Positions 20,234 to 31,407 of a stretch of 50,578 nucleotides of DNA are shown piece after piece. The stretch is from an uncultured Clostridium sp. (GTDB taxonomy: Bacteria; Bacillota_I; Bacilli_A; RF39; UBA660): contig CAZTEJ010000003.1 of NCBI GenBank assembly GCA_964612605.1, positions 1 through 50,578 of the forward strand, given 5' to 3'. Both the position numbers and the translations under genes were made by a program. Position 1 is the stretch's first letter. The number at the start of each line of letters is the position of its first letter. The notes under the pieces were generated by a model. The model made no database searches and was not told where the DNA came from. It saw nothing but the letters and a program-made list of their open reading frames with translations.

Positions 20234-22771
20234 CTATAAATAACCATCACTTTTAAAAATATACTTTCTTAACAAATCAAAAGGAATAACACTAAACGCT
20301 ATCAACAAACAAAACAAAAGCTCCTTCAACGTCAAACCATAAGTCCTAAACAAAACACCACCATAATAAATAAAATAAATCTGAATAACACTAACAAGCA
20401 TAAACACCACAATAAACACCTTATTCCTCATAATCCCATTAAACAAATTAATCCTCTTAGTCCTCGCATTAAAAGCATTAGATATACCTATAAACACAAA
20501 CAAAGTAAAAAAAGCAGTTAAAAAATACCTATCATCAACATCATATCTAATAAACTCCCTAACAAAAGGAACCTTTAAAAACAAAATACACAACAAACTA
20601 GAATAAAACCCAGTTAAAATAATCTCACCATACATATACCTATTAATAATAGGTTCTTTTTTATCCTTAGGTTTTTCATTCATATACTCAATACAAGGTT
20701 CCTCATAAGCAAAAGCAAGCGAAGCCAAAGTATCCATAATCATATTAATCCATAACATCTGCATAACCGTAACCGGCGTACTAATACCAATAAAAGGACC
20801 AATAATAGACAAACTCATCGCACAAATATTAACAGTAAGTTGAAAAATAATAAACTTCCTAATATTCTTAAAAATAGTCCTACCAAACAAAATAGCCATA
20901 CCAATAGACTTAATATTATCATCAAGAATCACAATATCAGCCGCATCCTTAGCAACATCAGAACCACTTCCCATCGCAAAACCAACATCACACTTCTTCA
21001 AAGCAGCCGCATCATTAATACCATCACCAGTCATACCAACAACCAAATCCATATCCCTAATTACCCTAACAAGCCTACTCTTATCAAGAGGTTTAGCCCT
21101 AGCAACAATCTTAAGTCTAGGCAAAATATCTTTAATCTCATCATCACTCATCAAAGCCAAATCACCACTAGTTAAACAAACCTCATCAGAATTATAAATA
21201 TCAAGTTCCTTACCAATATACATAGCAGTATCCAAACTATCACCAGTAACCATAATCAAATTAACACCAGCACCCTTAATTAAATCAACACCAGAAGCAG
21301 CATCAGACCTAATCTCATCACGAAGAAGAACACTACCTAAATAAATCCCCTTATCACTCTTCTTATCATAATAAGAAAAAGAAATAACCCTATAACCATT
21401 ATGCATATACCTAGCAATATCACTATTAACCCTATCCCTATCAATAACCTCTAACTTATCAAAATAACAATACTTACACTTATCTAATATAACCTCAGGA
21501 GCACCTTTATAAAAAACATAATCATCAGAACTAACACTACTATACTTCTTCTCACTATCAAACCCTTCCCTACCAACAACACTTAAACTAGACTTATTAG
21601 AAAAAAATCGAATCAAAGCCTTATCCGTCGAATTTCCATTAATAATATTATTCTCACTAACAATCGCTTCATTATTCAAAACCAAACAATTAATAACCAT
21701 ATCATAATAACTACGATACCTAATAATCTCAACCTCATCACCATAAAACTTCCCATTACAGTTAATCAAACCATAAACAGACAAAGAACCATTAGTCAAA
21801 GTTCCAGTCTTATCACTAAGAAGAACATTCAACGAACCAGCAGTCTCAATCCCAACCATCTTCTTAACAAGAACATTCTTCTTAATCAACTTTTTCATAT
21901 TAGTAGAAAGAACAAGAGCAACCATAAGAGGAAGTCCCTCAGGAACACTAACAACAATAATAGTAACCGCAAGAGTCAAAGCATAAATAACATAATTAAT
22001 CAAAAGAGGAATATTACTAACCGTCTTAACAATCAAACCAATATTAAAATTATTGCCAATAACAATAACCGAAAACAAATAAGAAACAAACACCAAAACC
22101 GCACCTATATATCCAATCGTACTAATAATCCCAGCCAAATGCGAAAGCCTTTCCTTTAAAGGACTATTACCATCAAGAGTAGACAATTCACAAAGAATAC
22201 TACCATACATCGTCTTATTACCAACACCAGTAACCCTCATAATACCATCACCACTACTAACAACAGTTCCCTTATAAAGCCTACCATCAACCCTCTTCCA
22301 AACATCCTTACTTTCCCCACTAACACTAGATTCATCAACACTAAGTATACCATCAACCAAAACCCCATCAGCCGGAATAAAATCACCATTACTTAAATAA
22401 ACAATATCCCCAACAACAACATCACCAATCTTATACATATTAATAATATTATTCCTCTTAATCTTACACAACTTAACATTATTTTCCTTAAACATCCTAT
22501 CAAAAGCCTTATTAGAACCATACTCACTAATCGAACTAATTAAAGTAGCCAAAAAAATTGCAATAAAAATCCCAAGCGTTTCAAACCAACTCTCATCAGC
22601 AAACAAGAATACCAACTTAATAGCCAAAACAATAAGAAGTATTCTAATCATAGGATCCCCTAAAGATTCAATAAATAACTTAATAAAACTACTCTTATTC
22701 CTATTAACTACCTCATTACTACCATATTCTAATCTACTTTTAACTACTTCTTCATCATTTAGTCCCGTCAT
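20234..22771 (-). CDS. Calcium-translocating P-type ATPase (YloB-like)
   Basis: VPEGLP, SDKTGTLT, MVTGD, TGDGINDAAAL, FQLTVN. Confidence 0.93.
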   Translation of the reverse strand: MTGLNDEEVVKSRLEYGSNEVVNRNKSSFIKLFIESLGDPMIRILLIVLAIKLVFLFADESWFETLGIFIAIFLATLISSISEYGSNKAFDRMFKENNVKLCKIKRNNIINMYKIGDVVVGDIVYLSNGDFIPADGVLVDGILSVDESSVSGESKDVWKRVDGRLYKGTVVSSGDGIMRVTGVGNKTMYGSILCELSTLDGNSPLKERLSHLAGIISTIGYIGAVLVFVSYLFSVIVIGNNFNIGLIVKTVSNIPLLINYVIYALTLAVTIIVVSVPEGLPLMVALVLSTNMKKLIKKNVLVKKMVGIETAGSLNVLLSDKTGTLTNGSLSVYGLINCNGKFYGDEVEIIRYRSYYDMVINCLVLNNEAIVSENNIINGNSTDKALIRFFSNKSSLSVVGREGFDSEKKYSSVSSDDYVFYKGAPEVILDKCKYCYFDKLEVIDRDRVNSDIARYMHNGYRVISFSYYDKKSDKGIYLGSVLLRDEIRSDAASGVDLIKGAGVNLIMVTGDSLDTAMYIGKELDIYNSDEVCLTSGDLALMSDDEIKDILPRLKIVARAKPLDKSRLVRVIRDMDLVVGMTGDGINDAAALKKCDVGFAMGSGSDVAKDAADIVILDDNIKSIGMAILFGRTIFKNIRKFIIFQLTVNICAMSLSIIGPFIGISTPVTVMQMLWINMIMDTLASLAFAYEEPCIEYMNEKPKDKKEPIINRYMYGEIILTGFYSSLLCILFLKVPFVREFIRYDVDDRYFLTAFFTLFVFIGISNAFNARTKRINLFNGIMRNKVFIVVFMLVSVIQIYFIYYGGVLFRTYGLTLKELLFCLLIAFSVIPFDLLRKYIFKSDGYL

Positions 22772-22786
22772 TTATTCCTCCATTAA

Positions 22787-22815
22787 ACTATATGAAATAA
22801 ACAACCACAATATGA
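22787..22815 (-). promoter_or_regulatory. Sigma-E-like promoter of the P-type ATPase
   Basis: TCATATT-14 bp-CATATAGT. Confidence 0.6.
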
Positions 22816-22828
22816 AAAAAAGACTCAC

Positions 22829-23509
22829 CTAAAGCCTTTTACCCATACCATTAACTAAACCTTTAATATCATCCTCAGTTAAAATAGATAAACTATCATT
22901 CTTATACCTCTTATCATCAGTAATCTCTAAACCAAACCACTCAGGAATATCAAAAAATCTAGCCTCATTTAAATTATCAAACTCAACCTCAACCGTTCTA
23001 ATTCCACTTAAACACCCTAAATAAACATCAACCTCCGCAACATACCTAGCATCCAAAGGAACTTTATATCTAATCTTATTAATCTCTCTACCTATTCTAT
23101 AATTAACAAACTTATCATAAACATCCTTACTAATTTCAATCTCATTTTCTTCCCTAACCAAAGTACCAACACCCTTTTCAGTATAAAAATACTTACCATC
23201 AGAACATCTAACCCTAGAAATTGGATTAAAACCAATATAAGATTGACTAATAACACTATAATCATAACCATTTAAATCAAAATCACCAACAAGAAACTTC
23301 CTCTCAATCTCATACCTACCATTAATTTCCTTATCATATTCATCATAACTATAATAAACATCATAAACCTGATTACAACCATCAAACCTCATATTAATTC
23401 TATCTATATTAATATTAAACCTATCCTCACAACTTAACCTATCAATAACCTCCTTAACAGCCTCATCCTCACTACTACATCTAATACTTATCTTATCACT
23501 TAACTTCAT
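22829..23509 (-). CDS. CYTH-domain protein with N-terminal extension
   Basis: EIERKFLV, EVEF, WFGLEITDDKRYKN. Confidence 0.85.
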   Translation of the reverse strand: MKLSDKISIRCSSEDEAVKEVIDRLSCEDRFNINIDRINMRFDGCNQVYDVYYSYDEYDKEINGRYEIERKFLVGDFDLNGYDYSVISQSYIGFNPISRVRCSDGKYFYTEKGVGTLVREENEIEISKDVYDKFVNYRIGREINKIRYKVPLDARYVAEVDVYLGCLSGIRTVEVEFDNLNEARFFDIPEWFGLEITDDKRYKNDSLSILTEDDIKGLVNGMGKRL

Positions 23510-25125
23510 AATCTTTCTAATACCCCCATAATAGGTGGAACCATCTGTTTCTTCCTCGAAATAACACCAACAAGTAATTCACCCTCTTTAATATCATTTA
23601 ACTCATAAGCATCCCTTACATAATCATAACCATTACTATTAAATAACAAATAAGAATTATTCTCTAAAATATCAGTAACAAACAAACAAACCACCTTATA
23701 ATCATTATTATCAGCAATATGATTAAGCTCATCAACATACTCATCCAGCCTATCACTATACTCCTTAAAATCCGTAGTAAACACCTGACCAATACCAAAC
23801 TTAACATCACCAACAATATAATTCTTAAAATCTTTATATATAATTTCATTAATACTTAACCCCTCATTAGATACACCACTACCAAGAAGTTCCTTACCAT
23901 AAAAATACAAATCAACCCCAGCAATATCAGCAAGCGCCTTAGCAACCTCCCTATCCAAATCAGTTGTAGTTGGACTAGCAAGAAGAAGCGTATCCGAAAT
24001 AATACCACTAAGCATAAGCCCAGCAATATCCCTAGGAATATCAACATTACTCTCTCTATACAAAGTATAAATAATCGTATTAACAGAACCAACACTCATA
24101 TTTCTAAAATTAATAGGAAACAAAGTACTAATCTTACCAATATTATGATGATCAACAACCTCTAATATCTCAGCCTCACTAAGCCCATCAACACTCTGAC
24201 TAGGCTCATTATGATCAACTAAAATAACTTTCTTCCTAGTAATATTATTACTATCAATAAGTCTAAGCATCCCCTCACAAACCCCTTTAGAATTAACAAT
24301 AGGATAATTAGTATGCTTAAGTTTATTAGAAATCTCAATAAAATCAGTTAAATAATCACTCGGATTAAAACAAACAGCAGAAGTAGATCTCTTAATCATA
24401 TTAATCGGATTAGCCAAAGTAATTAACCTACTAGTCTTAAAAGTATCATAAGGAGTAACAATAACATTAACCCTATACTCATTAATTAATCTAATCTCCT
24501 CATCACTTAACAACTTATTAGCAACGACAATAACAAGTTTAACCCTATTCTTTATAGCATGCTCAATAATACTATCCCTACCACATATAACAATCGCATC
24601 CTCATAAAGCTTAGCCACCTCAGAAAACTCAGTATAAGGAAGAGCAACCGCCAAAACATTACCCGTAACCATATCATTAAACTTATAATAAACACTAGAA
24701 TTAAGAACCGAAACAACATCATCAAACCTAGCAAGCAAATAATTAGTATCACCTTTAACCAACTCATTAGCAAGTTCCTTTAAAGAAACATACCCAACAA
24801 ACTTCTTATCATTATCAACCAAAGGAAGACCAGTAATTCCTTCCCTATTAAAATAATTATAAACATCAAAAATAGAAGTTTCTTTATTAATATAATAATT
24901 CTTATTATAACTAATATCCTTAAGTTCAACCTTAACATCATTCAAATACTTAGGAACCCTTACACCAAATTTATTCAAAGCAAATAAAGTTTCCCTATTA
25001 ACCTCACTTAAAACCCTAGCCTCCGCATTAATACCTAATTTCTTCTTCAAATAAGCAAAACTAATTGCACCACAAACAGAATCAGTATCAGGTTTCTTAT
25101 GTCCAAATACAAATACTTTATTCAT
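23506..25125 (-). CDS. ppaC: Mn-dependent inorganic pyrophosphatase with CBS/DRTGG insert
   Basis: GHKKPDTDS, LVDHNE..QS, VDHH, SRKKQMVP. Confidence 0.92.
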   Translation of the reverse strand: MNKVFVFGHKKPDTDSVCGAISFAYLKKKLGINAEARVLSEVNRETLFALNKFGVRVPKYLNDVKVELKDISYNKNYYINKETSIFDVYNYFNREGITGLPLVDNDKKFVGYVSLKELANELVKGDTNYLLARFDDVVSVLNSSVYYKFNDMVTGNVLAVALPYTEFSEVAKLYEDAIVICGRDSIIEHAIKNRVKLVIVVANKLLSDEEIRLINEYRVNVIVTPYDTFKTSRLITLANPINMIKRSTSAVCFNPSDYLTDFIEISNKLKHTNYPIVNSKGVCEGMLRLIDSNNITRKKVILVDHNEPSQSVDGLSEAEILEVVDHHNIGKISTLFPINFRNMSVGSVNTIIYTLYRESNVDIPRDIAGLMLSGIISDTLLLASPTTTDLDREVAKALADIAGVDLYFYGKELLGSGVSNEGLSINEIIYKDFKNYIVGDVKFGIGQVFTTDFKEYSDRLDEYVDELNHIADNNDYKVVCLFVTDILENNSYLLFNSNGYDYVRDAYELNDIKEGELLVGVISRKKQMVPPIMGVLERL

Positions 25126-25267
25126 TAATAATCACCATCTATCTTTAACCATTGTACCAAAATTAATTAAAAAAATCTCTTATTTTTACATACTTATTAA
25201 ATTTTTTATTTAAAACTATATGTTATATATTTAATATGATATAATAACCATAAAGGTAGGTAATAAA

Positions 25268-26197
25268 ATGACAAAACTAAAACTAAAAAAACATATAAAA
25301 GAAAAACTATACAAACTAGGAATACTAACTATACTAATATTACTAGCACTAATATTTATTAAAAACTATAAATACAAAAAAACATACGAATACAAACTAT
25401 TACAACTAAACTATCCCAAAGAAGAAATAAAAATAATACTAAACACATTCGATACATCATTTATAGATACCCTATTAACACAAGAATATAACGAAAACAT
25501 AATTAACTTCATAAACGAAAAATACTTCATAAAAGAAAACATCCAAAGATACCTTAACTACCAAGAACAAAATCCAAATAATCTATACAAAGAAACAGTC
25601 GCATTAGTAAACGTTAATAGAGACAACAACTACTACGAAAATACAACAGAAACAGATACAACAAACGAAACACAAATGCTAGTTAATAAATACAACCTCC
25701 TATCAAAAGATTACCAAGCAACAAACATAGTAAACGTATCAAGCACATATGGATACGCAAACAACCAACTAAACGAAGAAGCATACAACGCATTCAAAAA
25801 ACTAGCAGACGATGCCAAAAAAGAAGGACACACAATCATAATCCTATCATCATATCGAACCTACGAATACCAAGAAAAACTATGGAATAAAGACAAAGAC
25901 GACGATTACGTAGCAAGACCAGGAGCATCAGAACACGAAACCGGCTACGCAATAGACGTAGCTGAATACAAAGATGCAAACGACAGTTTCAAAGACACAG
26001 AAAGTTACAAATGGATGATAGAAAACTCATACAAATACGGATTTATACTAAGATACCCAGAAGGAAAAGAAAACATAACCGGATACAGTTACGAAGCATG
26101 GCACTACAGATACCTAGGAACAGAACTAGCAACCAAAGTTTATAACGAAGGAATAACCTATGATGAATACTACGCATACTACCTAAACAAGAAATAA
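25268..26197 (+). CDS. D-Ala-D-Ala carboxypeptidase, M15B (VanY-like)
   Basis: SSYRT, ARPGASEHETGYAID, YGFILRYP, EAWHYRY; N-terminal TM. Confidence 0.9.
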   Translation: MTKLKLKKHIKEKLYKLGILTILILLALIFIKNYKYKKTYEYKLLQLNYPKEEIKIILNTFDTSFIDTLLTQEYNENIINFINEKYFIKENIQRYLNYQEQNPNNLYKETVALVNVNRDNNYYENTTETDTTNETQMLVNKYNLLSKDYQATNIVNVSSTYGYANNQLNEEAYNAFKKLADDAKKEGHTIIILSSYRTYEYQEKLWNKDKDDDYVARPGASEHETGYAIDVAEYKDANDSFKDTESYKWMIENSYKYGFILRYPEGKENITGYSYEAWHYRYLGTELATKVYNEGITYDEYYAYYLNKK

Positions 26198-26274
26198 ACA
26201 TTTCTTGTTTTAAATTACAATAAATGCTAAAATAATTTAAAGAAAAACCCATAATAAACAAAGGAGGAATAATA

Positions 26275-28215
26275 ATGTTTAAATTAGTATCAAACTACAC
26301 CCCATCAGGAGACCAACCAGAAGCAATAAACAAACTAGTTAAAGGAATAAATAATAACCAAAAACACCAAGTACTACTAGGAGCAACCGGAACAGGAAAA
26401 ACATTCATGATAGCAAACGTAATAGAACAAGTTAATAAACCAACCCTAATCCTAGCACATAACAAAACCCTAGCAGGACAACTATACTCAGAATTCAAAG
26501 AACTATTTCCAAACAACCACGTAGAATATTTTGTATCATACTACGATTACTACCAACCAGAAGCATACGTTCCTCAAACAGACACATACATAGAAAAAGA
26601 CTCAAGCATAAACGACGAAATAGACGAACTAAGACACGGAGCAACATCCAGCCTAATTAACTACAACGACACCATCGTAGTAGCATCAGTTTCTTGTATC
26701 TACGGAATAGGAGAAAAAGAAGAATACAAAAACAACATGCTAATACTAAAACAAGGAATGCAAATAACAAGAAACTTTATAATAGATAGACTAATAACAA
26801 TGACATACGAAAGAAATAATATAGACTTCCACAGAGGAACATTCAGAGTAAACGGAGATACAATCGATATAATCCCAGTAAACGAAAGAAAAAACGGAAT
26901 AAAAATAGAACTATTCGGAAACGAAATAGACAAACTATCCGAATTCGATACCCTAACCGGAAAAATAATAAAAAATATACTCAACATAACCATATTCCCA
27001 GCATCACACTTCGTAACAGGAGAAGAAAAACTAAAAGAAGCAATCAAAAGAATAGAAGAAGAAAAAAACAAACAAATAAAATACTTCAAAGAAAACAACA
27101 AACTAATAGAAGCCCAAAGAATAAAAGAAAGATGCGAATACGATATAGAAATGCTAAAAGAAACCGGATTCTGCCACGGAATAGAAAACTACAGCAGACA
27201 CCTAGCCCTAAGACAAGAAGGAGAAACACCATCAACACTAATAGACTTCTTCCCAGAAGACTTCCTACTAGTAATAGACGAATCACACGTTACCCTACCC
27301 CAAGTAAGAGCAATGTATAACGGAGATAGAATGAGAAAACAAACCCTAGTAGACTACGGTTTCAGACTACCAAGTGCCTTAGACAATAGACCACTTAAAT
27401 TTGAAGAATTCGAAAACAAAATAAACCAAGCAATCTTTATATCAGCAACCCCAGGAGACTATGAACTATCACTAACAAACAACGAAGTAATAGAAAGCAT
27501 TATAAGACCAACCGGACTACTAGATCCAACCATCGAAGTAAAACCAACAACAAACCAAATAGACGATCTAATAAACGAAATAAACATAAGAACCGAAAAA
27601 AAAGAAAGAACACTAATAACAACACTAACCATAAAAATGGCAGAAGAACTAACCAACTATCTAAAAGAACTAAACATAAAAGTAGCCTACCTTCACAGCG
27701 AAGTAAAAACATTCGAAAGACTTAAAATAATAAGAGACCTAAGACTAGGCAAATACGATTGCCTAGTAGGAATAAATCTCCTAAGAGAAGGACTAGACAT
27801 CCCAGAAGTAAGTCTAATCGCAATAATGGATGCAGACAAACAAGGATTCCTAAGAAGCGAAAGAAGTTTAATACAAACAATCGGAAGAGCCGCAAGAAAC
27901 CAAAACGGACACGTCATAATGTACGCAGATACCATATCAGAATCAATGCAAAAAGCAATAACAGAAACAAAAAGAAGAAGACAAATTCAACAAGAATACA
28001 ACAAAATACACAACATCACACCACAAACAATCAAAAAAGATATAAGAGATCTAATATCAAACGAAATAGAAAACAAAAAAGAAGAAAAAGTAACAACCAA
28101 AGATCTCCAAACACTAGAAAACGAAATGCGTGCGGCAGCAAAAGAACTAGACTTCGAAAAAGCAATGCAACTAAGAGATATTCTATTTGAACTAAAAGCA
28201 AATAATAAAAATTGA
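26275..28215 (+). CDS. uvrB: Excinuclease ABC subunit B
   Basis: [31 protein letters not shown] and C-terminal UVR domain. Confidence 0.98.
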   Translation: MFKLVSNYTPSGDQPEAINKLVKGINNNQKHQVLLGATGTGKTFMIANVIEQVNKPTLILAHNKTLAGQLYSEFKELFPNNHVEYFVSYYDYYQPEAYVPQTDTYIEKDSSINDEIDELRHGATSSLINYNDTIVVASVSCIYGIGEKEEYKNNMLILKQGMQITRNFIIDRLITMTYERNNIDFHRGTFRVNGDTIDIIPVNERKNGIKIELFGNEIDKLSEFDTLTGKIIKNILNITIFPASHFVTGEEKLKEAIKRIEEEKNKQIKYFKENNKLIEAQRIKERCEYDIEMLKETGFCHGIENYSRHLALRQEGETPSTLIDFFPEDFLLVIDESHVTLPQVRAMYNGDRMRKQTLVDYGFRLPSALDNRPLKFEEFENKINQAIFISATPGDYELSLTNNEVIESIIRPTGLLDPTIEVKPTTNQIDDLINEINIRTEKKERTLITTLTIKMAEELTNYLKELNIKVAYLHSEVKTFERLKIIRDLRLGKYDCLVGINLLREGLDIPEVSLIAIMDADKQGFLRSERSLIQTIGRAARNQNGHVIMYADTISESMQKAITETKRRRQIQQEYNKIHNITPQTIKKDIRDLISNEIENKKEEKVTTKDLQTLENEMRAAAKELDFEKAMQLRDILFELKANNKN

Positions 28216-28252
28216 TATTTCCAAACCAATAAAAAATAGTACACAACCTGTA

Positions 28253-28978
28253 CTATTTTATTTCCCATTTAGCAATAAGAACAATATTAGAATTAACTGG
28301 ACTATCAAAATCATAAAGCTCATCATTCAAATACCAACCAACAAACCTATAACCATTTCTAACAGGTTCAATCGGTTTAATCGCCTTTTCACCCTTCTTA
28401 ACATAAATAGTATGAACATCACTACCCATATTTTTATTAAAGATAACCGCATACTTTACACTAGTAGTAGTAGTTGTAGTAGTCGTAACAGAAGTAGTTA
28501 CCCTCTTAGTAGTAGTAACCTTCTTAGTCGTAGAAGTTGTAGTCAAAGTACTAACCTCCTCACAATCATCAATACAACCCAAATAAGTATAACTCGTATT
28601 AGCCTCATCACCACAAACCAAAGTAGTCTCAAGCTCATACCCCTTACTCTTCTTAACAATCTTAATATAACTCATACCACCATCACAAGAATTACCATTA
28701 ACACTTAACTCATCAATCTTCTTATTCTTAACAAGTTCATCCAAACTAACCTTAATAGAATCCCCTACCTCTTTAGGTAAATTATCCTTATCAAAATAAT
28801 TACTACCAACATCCTTTAAACTAGCAACATTATCCTTAAAACTATCACTATAAACATTATTATCCTTTTTTCCTAAAGGAAAAAGCCATAAAACAATAAA
28901 CAAAATAGCAAAAATAATAACCAGCTTAACAATTAAACCCTTCCAATTAAAATTCTTTTCTTTCTTCTCTTCATACAT
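28253..28978 (-). CDS. Membrane-anchored protein with Thr-rich linker and C-terminal InlB B-repeat-like domain
   Basis: N-terminal TM, poly-Thr stretch, P.RNGYRFVGWY....YDF..PV..N..L.AKW. Confidence 0.75.
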   Translation of the reverse strand: MYEEKKEKNFNWKGLIVKLVIIFAILFIVLWLFPLGKKDNNVYSDSFKDNVASLKDVGSNYFDKDNLPKEVGDSIKVSLDELVKNKKIDELSVNGNSCDGGMSYIKIVKKSKGYELETTLVCGDEANTSYTYLGCIDDCEEVSTLTTTSTTKKVTTTKRVTTSVTTTTTTTTSVKYAVIFNKNMGSDVHTIYVKKGEKAIKPIEPVRNGYRFVGWYLNDELYDFDSPVNSNIVLIAKWEIK

Positions 28979-29030
28979 AAGTCATTCCCCCATAACTTGA
29001 TACTTATACTACCACACATCACCTAACAAT

Positions 29031-30074
29031 TCAAGCCCCAAAATGATCATTCAAATAATTACAAATACATCTATTATCACTATACTTATAAGAATTACAA
29101 TAATTCATATAAGAATTAAAACTCCCAAACCCAACATCACACCTTCTAATATTACCCCTAACATTCCTAAAAGACCTACCACTTATCCTCCTAACCGTCT
29201 TCCCATTAACAACCCTAAACCTATACCCAAGAAAATCAAACCCCTCACCAACCTCATAAATCCTACTCTTCTTATTAAGACAAAGCTTATACTCACATAA
29301 CAACTTATCCCTAATAATCTTCATACACTCCTTCAAATACTCCTTATCATGATGAAAAATAACAAAATCATCCATATACCTAACATAATACTTAAGTCTC
29401 AAATCATGAACAATAAAATGATCTAACTTATACAAATAAAAAATAGCAAAAAACTGACTAGACATATTCCCAATACCTAACCCCTTACCATACTCATATC
29501 TAGGCAAATCAGAAATACCATACCCAACCTCCAACTCATCAATTCTCTTATTAATATATTCCCCATTCGTACTATCAATAATCATACACAAAAACTCATA
29601 AACATCCCTATCAAACTTATCCCTAATCAAAGACTTAAGAACCTCATGATCAATATTATAAAAATACTTACTAATATCCAACTTAAGAACATAAAACCTA
29701 CCATACTTCTTATTCAACTCAATATATTTATTAACAAGCCTAATCCCATAATCAATACCATACCCCTTCCTAGTAGCAACATTCCTATCATCCAAATACC
29801 TTTCCAAAACAGGCATAATATACCTCAAAGTAACATAATGATTAATAATCTTATCCTTCAAACTAAGACTCATAACAATCCTAACCTTAGGTCTAGTAAT
29901 TAAAAAAATATTATAGTTATCCATACTATAATCACCATTATTAACTAAATTACAAAGCTCATATAACTTAACCACCTTACACACCTCAAAATTATATAAC
30001 TTTCTCTTATTACTATAACCCTTCCTAATATAATCCTCATAAATAACTAACAAATCATCAAAACTAACCTTCAT
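29031..30074 (-). CDS. DGR reverse transcriptase
   Basis: KLDISKYFYNIDH, GLGIGNMSSQ (DGR-type GxxxGxxxSQ), YVRYMDDF, FDFLGY. About 347 aa from ATG 30074 overlapping the avd stop; no maturase or endonuclease tail. Confidence 0.95.
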   Translation of the reverse strand: MKVSFDDLLVIYEDYIRKGYSNKRKLYNFEVCKVVKLYELCNLVNNGDYSMDNYNIFLITRPKVRIVMSLSLKDKIINHYVTLRYIMPVLERYLDDRNVATRKGYGIDYGIRLVNKYIELNKKYGRFYVLKLDISKYFYNIDHEVLKSLIRDKFDRDVYEFLCMIIDSTNGEYINKRIDELEVGYGISDLPRYEYGKGLGIGNMSSQFFAIFYLYKLDHFIVHDLRLKYYVRYMDDFVIFHHDKEYLKECMKIIRDKLLCEYKLCLNKKSRIYEVGEGFDFLGYRFRVVNGKTVRRISGRSFRNVRGNIRRCDVGFGSFNSYMNYCNSYKYSDNRCICNYLNDHFGA

Positions 30075-30408
30075 CCTTAATCCACCCATAAACCATCTTA
30101 GTAAGTTCACTAATCTCCCTAACCAACTTATCAAAATCCTTCTTACCAATAACGTTCTTCTTATAAATTCTTTCCAAATAAAAATTAAGCATCCCAATCT
30201 TACTTAATATTTTATACTTACAATCAATCCTAATCCCCTTATCCCTATTATAATTACCATACATAATAAGTTCCATAATATCCAAACAATCACTAAGTAA
30301 CCTATCCCTAACAACATACTCCTTCTTAGGAATATTAATAGAAATACTATCAATACTACTACAAATTCCCTTAATCCTAGTTAAAACATAAAACTCCTTA
30401 TTATTCAT
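30064..30408 (-). CDS. avd: Avd-like accessory variability determinant (four-helix bundle)
   Basis: About 114 aa, basic and helical, with IPKKEY...N...R and C-terminal ELTKMVYGW; coupled to RT. Start likely ATG 30408. Confidence 0.85.
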   Translation of the reverse strand: MNNKEFYVLTRIKGICSSIDSISINIPKKEYVVRDRLLSDCLDIMELIMYGNYNRDKGIRIDCKYKILSKIGMLNFYLERIYKKNVIGKKDFDKLVREISELTKMVYGWIKDEG

Positions 30409-30763
30409 TAACAACACCCTCTATATAATTAATAATATTTTCAATCTTATTCTCATCCAAACTAACAAGTTTCTCTATAATACAATCAATCCTCTTATTA
30501 AGTTTAAACTTCTTCATCCCCTTACAAACAAATTCCTCATACCTATTCAAATTATCATAACTAATACTAATACCACCAGACTTATCAATAAAATTAATCT
30601 TAAGTTCCTTAAATTTATTAACAACCTTATCATAAGACTTCAAAGGAAAACCAACCTTATCCTTACTAATAGAATAACCAAACAAATAATGCATAATATA
30701 ACAATCATTCCCATAACAAGAATAAAAACCACCATTCTTAACTAAAACAACACTATCATTCAT
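30401..30763 (-). CDS. MutS domain-I-like small protein (DGR accessory)
   Basis: VLVKNGGFYSCYGNDCYIMHYLFGY...KVGFP resembles MutS-I GxFYExFxxDA...GxP. Start at ATG 30763 behind GGAGGG. Confidence 0.75.
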   Translation of the reverse strand: MNDSVVLVKNGGFYSCYGNDCYIMHYLFGYSISKDKVGFPLKSYDKVVNKFKELKINFIDKSGGISISYDNLNRYEEFVCKGMKKFKLNKRIDCIIEKLVSLDENKIENIINYIEGVVNE

Positions 30764-30790
30764 AAAAATATTCCCTCCATAATTAATATA

Positions 30791-30821
30791 GGTATTTATA
30801 CCTATAAAAGGTATAAATACC
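30791..30821. repeat. Perfect 13-bp inverted repeat downstream of TR
   Basis: ggtatttatacct-ataaa-aggtataaatacc. Confidence 0.85.
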
Positions 30822-30978
30822 AACCATTCATATAAAGTAATAGGCAGTTACGTATAACAAATCCATCTTTATATCCTTTTTTAGAGTAACAACTCAAGGA
30901 TAAATCCTGTTCCTTACAAGTACACAAATATAAGTAACCAAACCCATAAATCACCGACGAAAGTAAGGATCTCTAGCC

Positions 30979-31076
30979 GCAGCACGCCAAGGCTGTTATG
31001 CGCGTTGTTGTTGTTGTCGTTGCCAAACGAAGCGACGTTAATCTGGTTATCACCATTCTCCGCGTTCGAGGACTTT
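30979..31076 (-). repeat. DGR template repeat (TR)
   Basis: 98-bp intergenic copy of the VR with 10 AAY codons in the VR frame (KSSNAENGDNQINVASFGNDNNNNAHNSLGVL). Confidence 0.96.
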
Positions 31077-31097
31077 CGGATATTACCCTGTTTTAAT

Positions 31098-31391
31098 CTA
31101 TATCTTCATACTAATTAAAACCACATTCAAATAAGCAATCTTCAAAAACTTATAATAATTATTATCATCAAATTTTCTCTCACTTATTATATCTAAATTA
31201 TCAACCAAAACATAATTAATATGATACTTATTAAGTTTCTTAAATAACATCTTTCTATCATTATTTAAATAATTAAACAACATTCTATCTTTACCAAAAG
31301 TATAATAACTATAACTACTACCTTTAGACTTAACAATAAGAATCAAATAACCCCTATACAATAATCTTAAAAACTTAAATCTATTGTACAT
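31098..31391 (-). CDS. Small DGR-associated protein, possibly a divergent MutS-I-like paralog
   Basis: 97 aa from ATG 31391; LYRGYLILI...YYTFGKDRMLFNYL...KKLNKYHINYV parallels the neighbouring MutS-I-like ORF. Confidence 0.55.
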   Translation of the reverse strand: MYNRFKFLRLLYRGYLILIVKSKGSSYSYYTFGKDRMLFNYLNNDRKMLFKKLNKYHINYVLVDNLDIISERKFDDNNYYKFLKIAYLNVVLISMKI

Positions 31392-31407
31392 AATGTGTAA
31401 AACATCG

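Noticed and set aside
26295-28268. Many overlapping and antisense ORFs in uvrB, and similar ones in the polymerase, leuS, ppaC and RT
   Set aside because: Low-complexity shadow frames produced by the strong codon skew; no recognisable motifs.
28455-28550. GTA/GTT-rich tandem repeats next to the DGR RT
   Set aside because: They encode a Thr-rich linker and show no similarity to TR.
29031-30197. RT as a group II intron, retron or Abi RT; longer 388-aa start
   Set aside because: No maturase/endonuclease tail or retron VTG motif, while the SQ motif, Avd and TR/VR indicate a DGR. The extra 41 codons overlap avd in another frame.
31005-31022. (TTG)n run as a microsatellite
   Set aside because: It is the AAC codon run of the TR read on the opposite strand.
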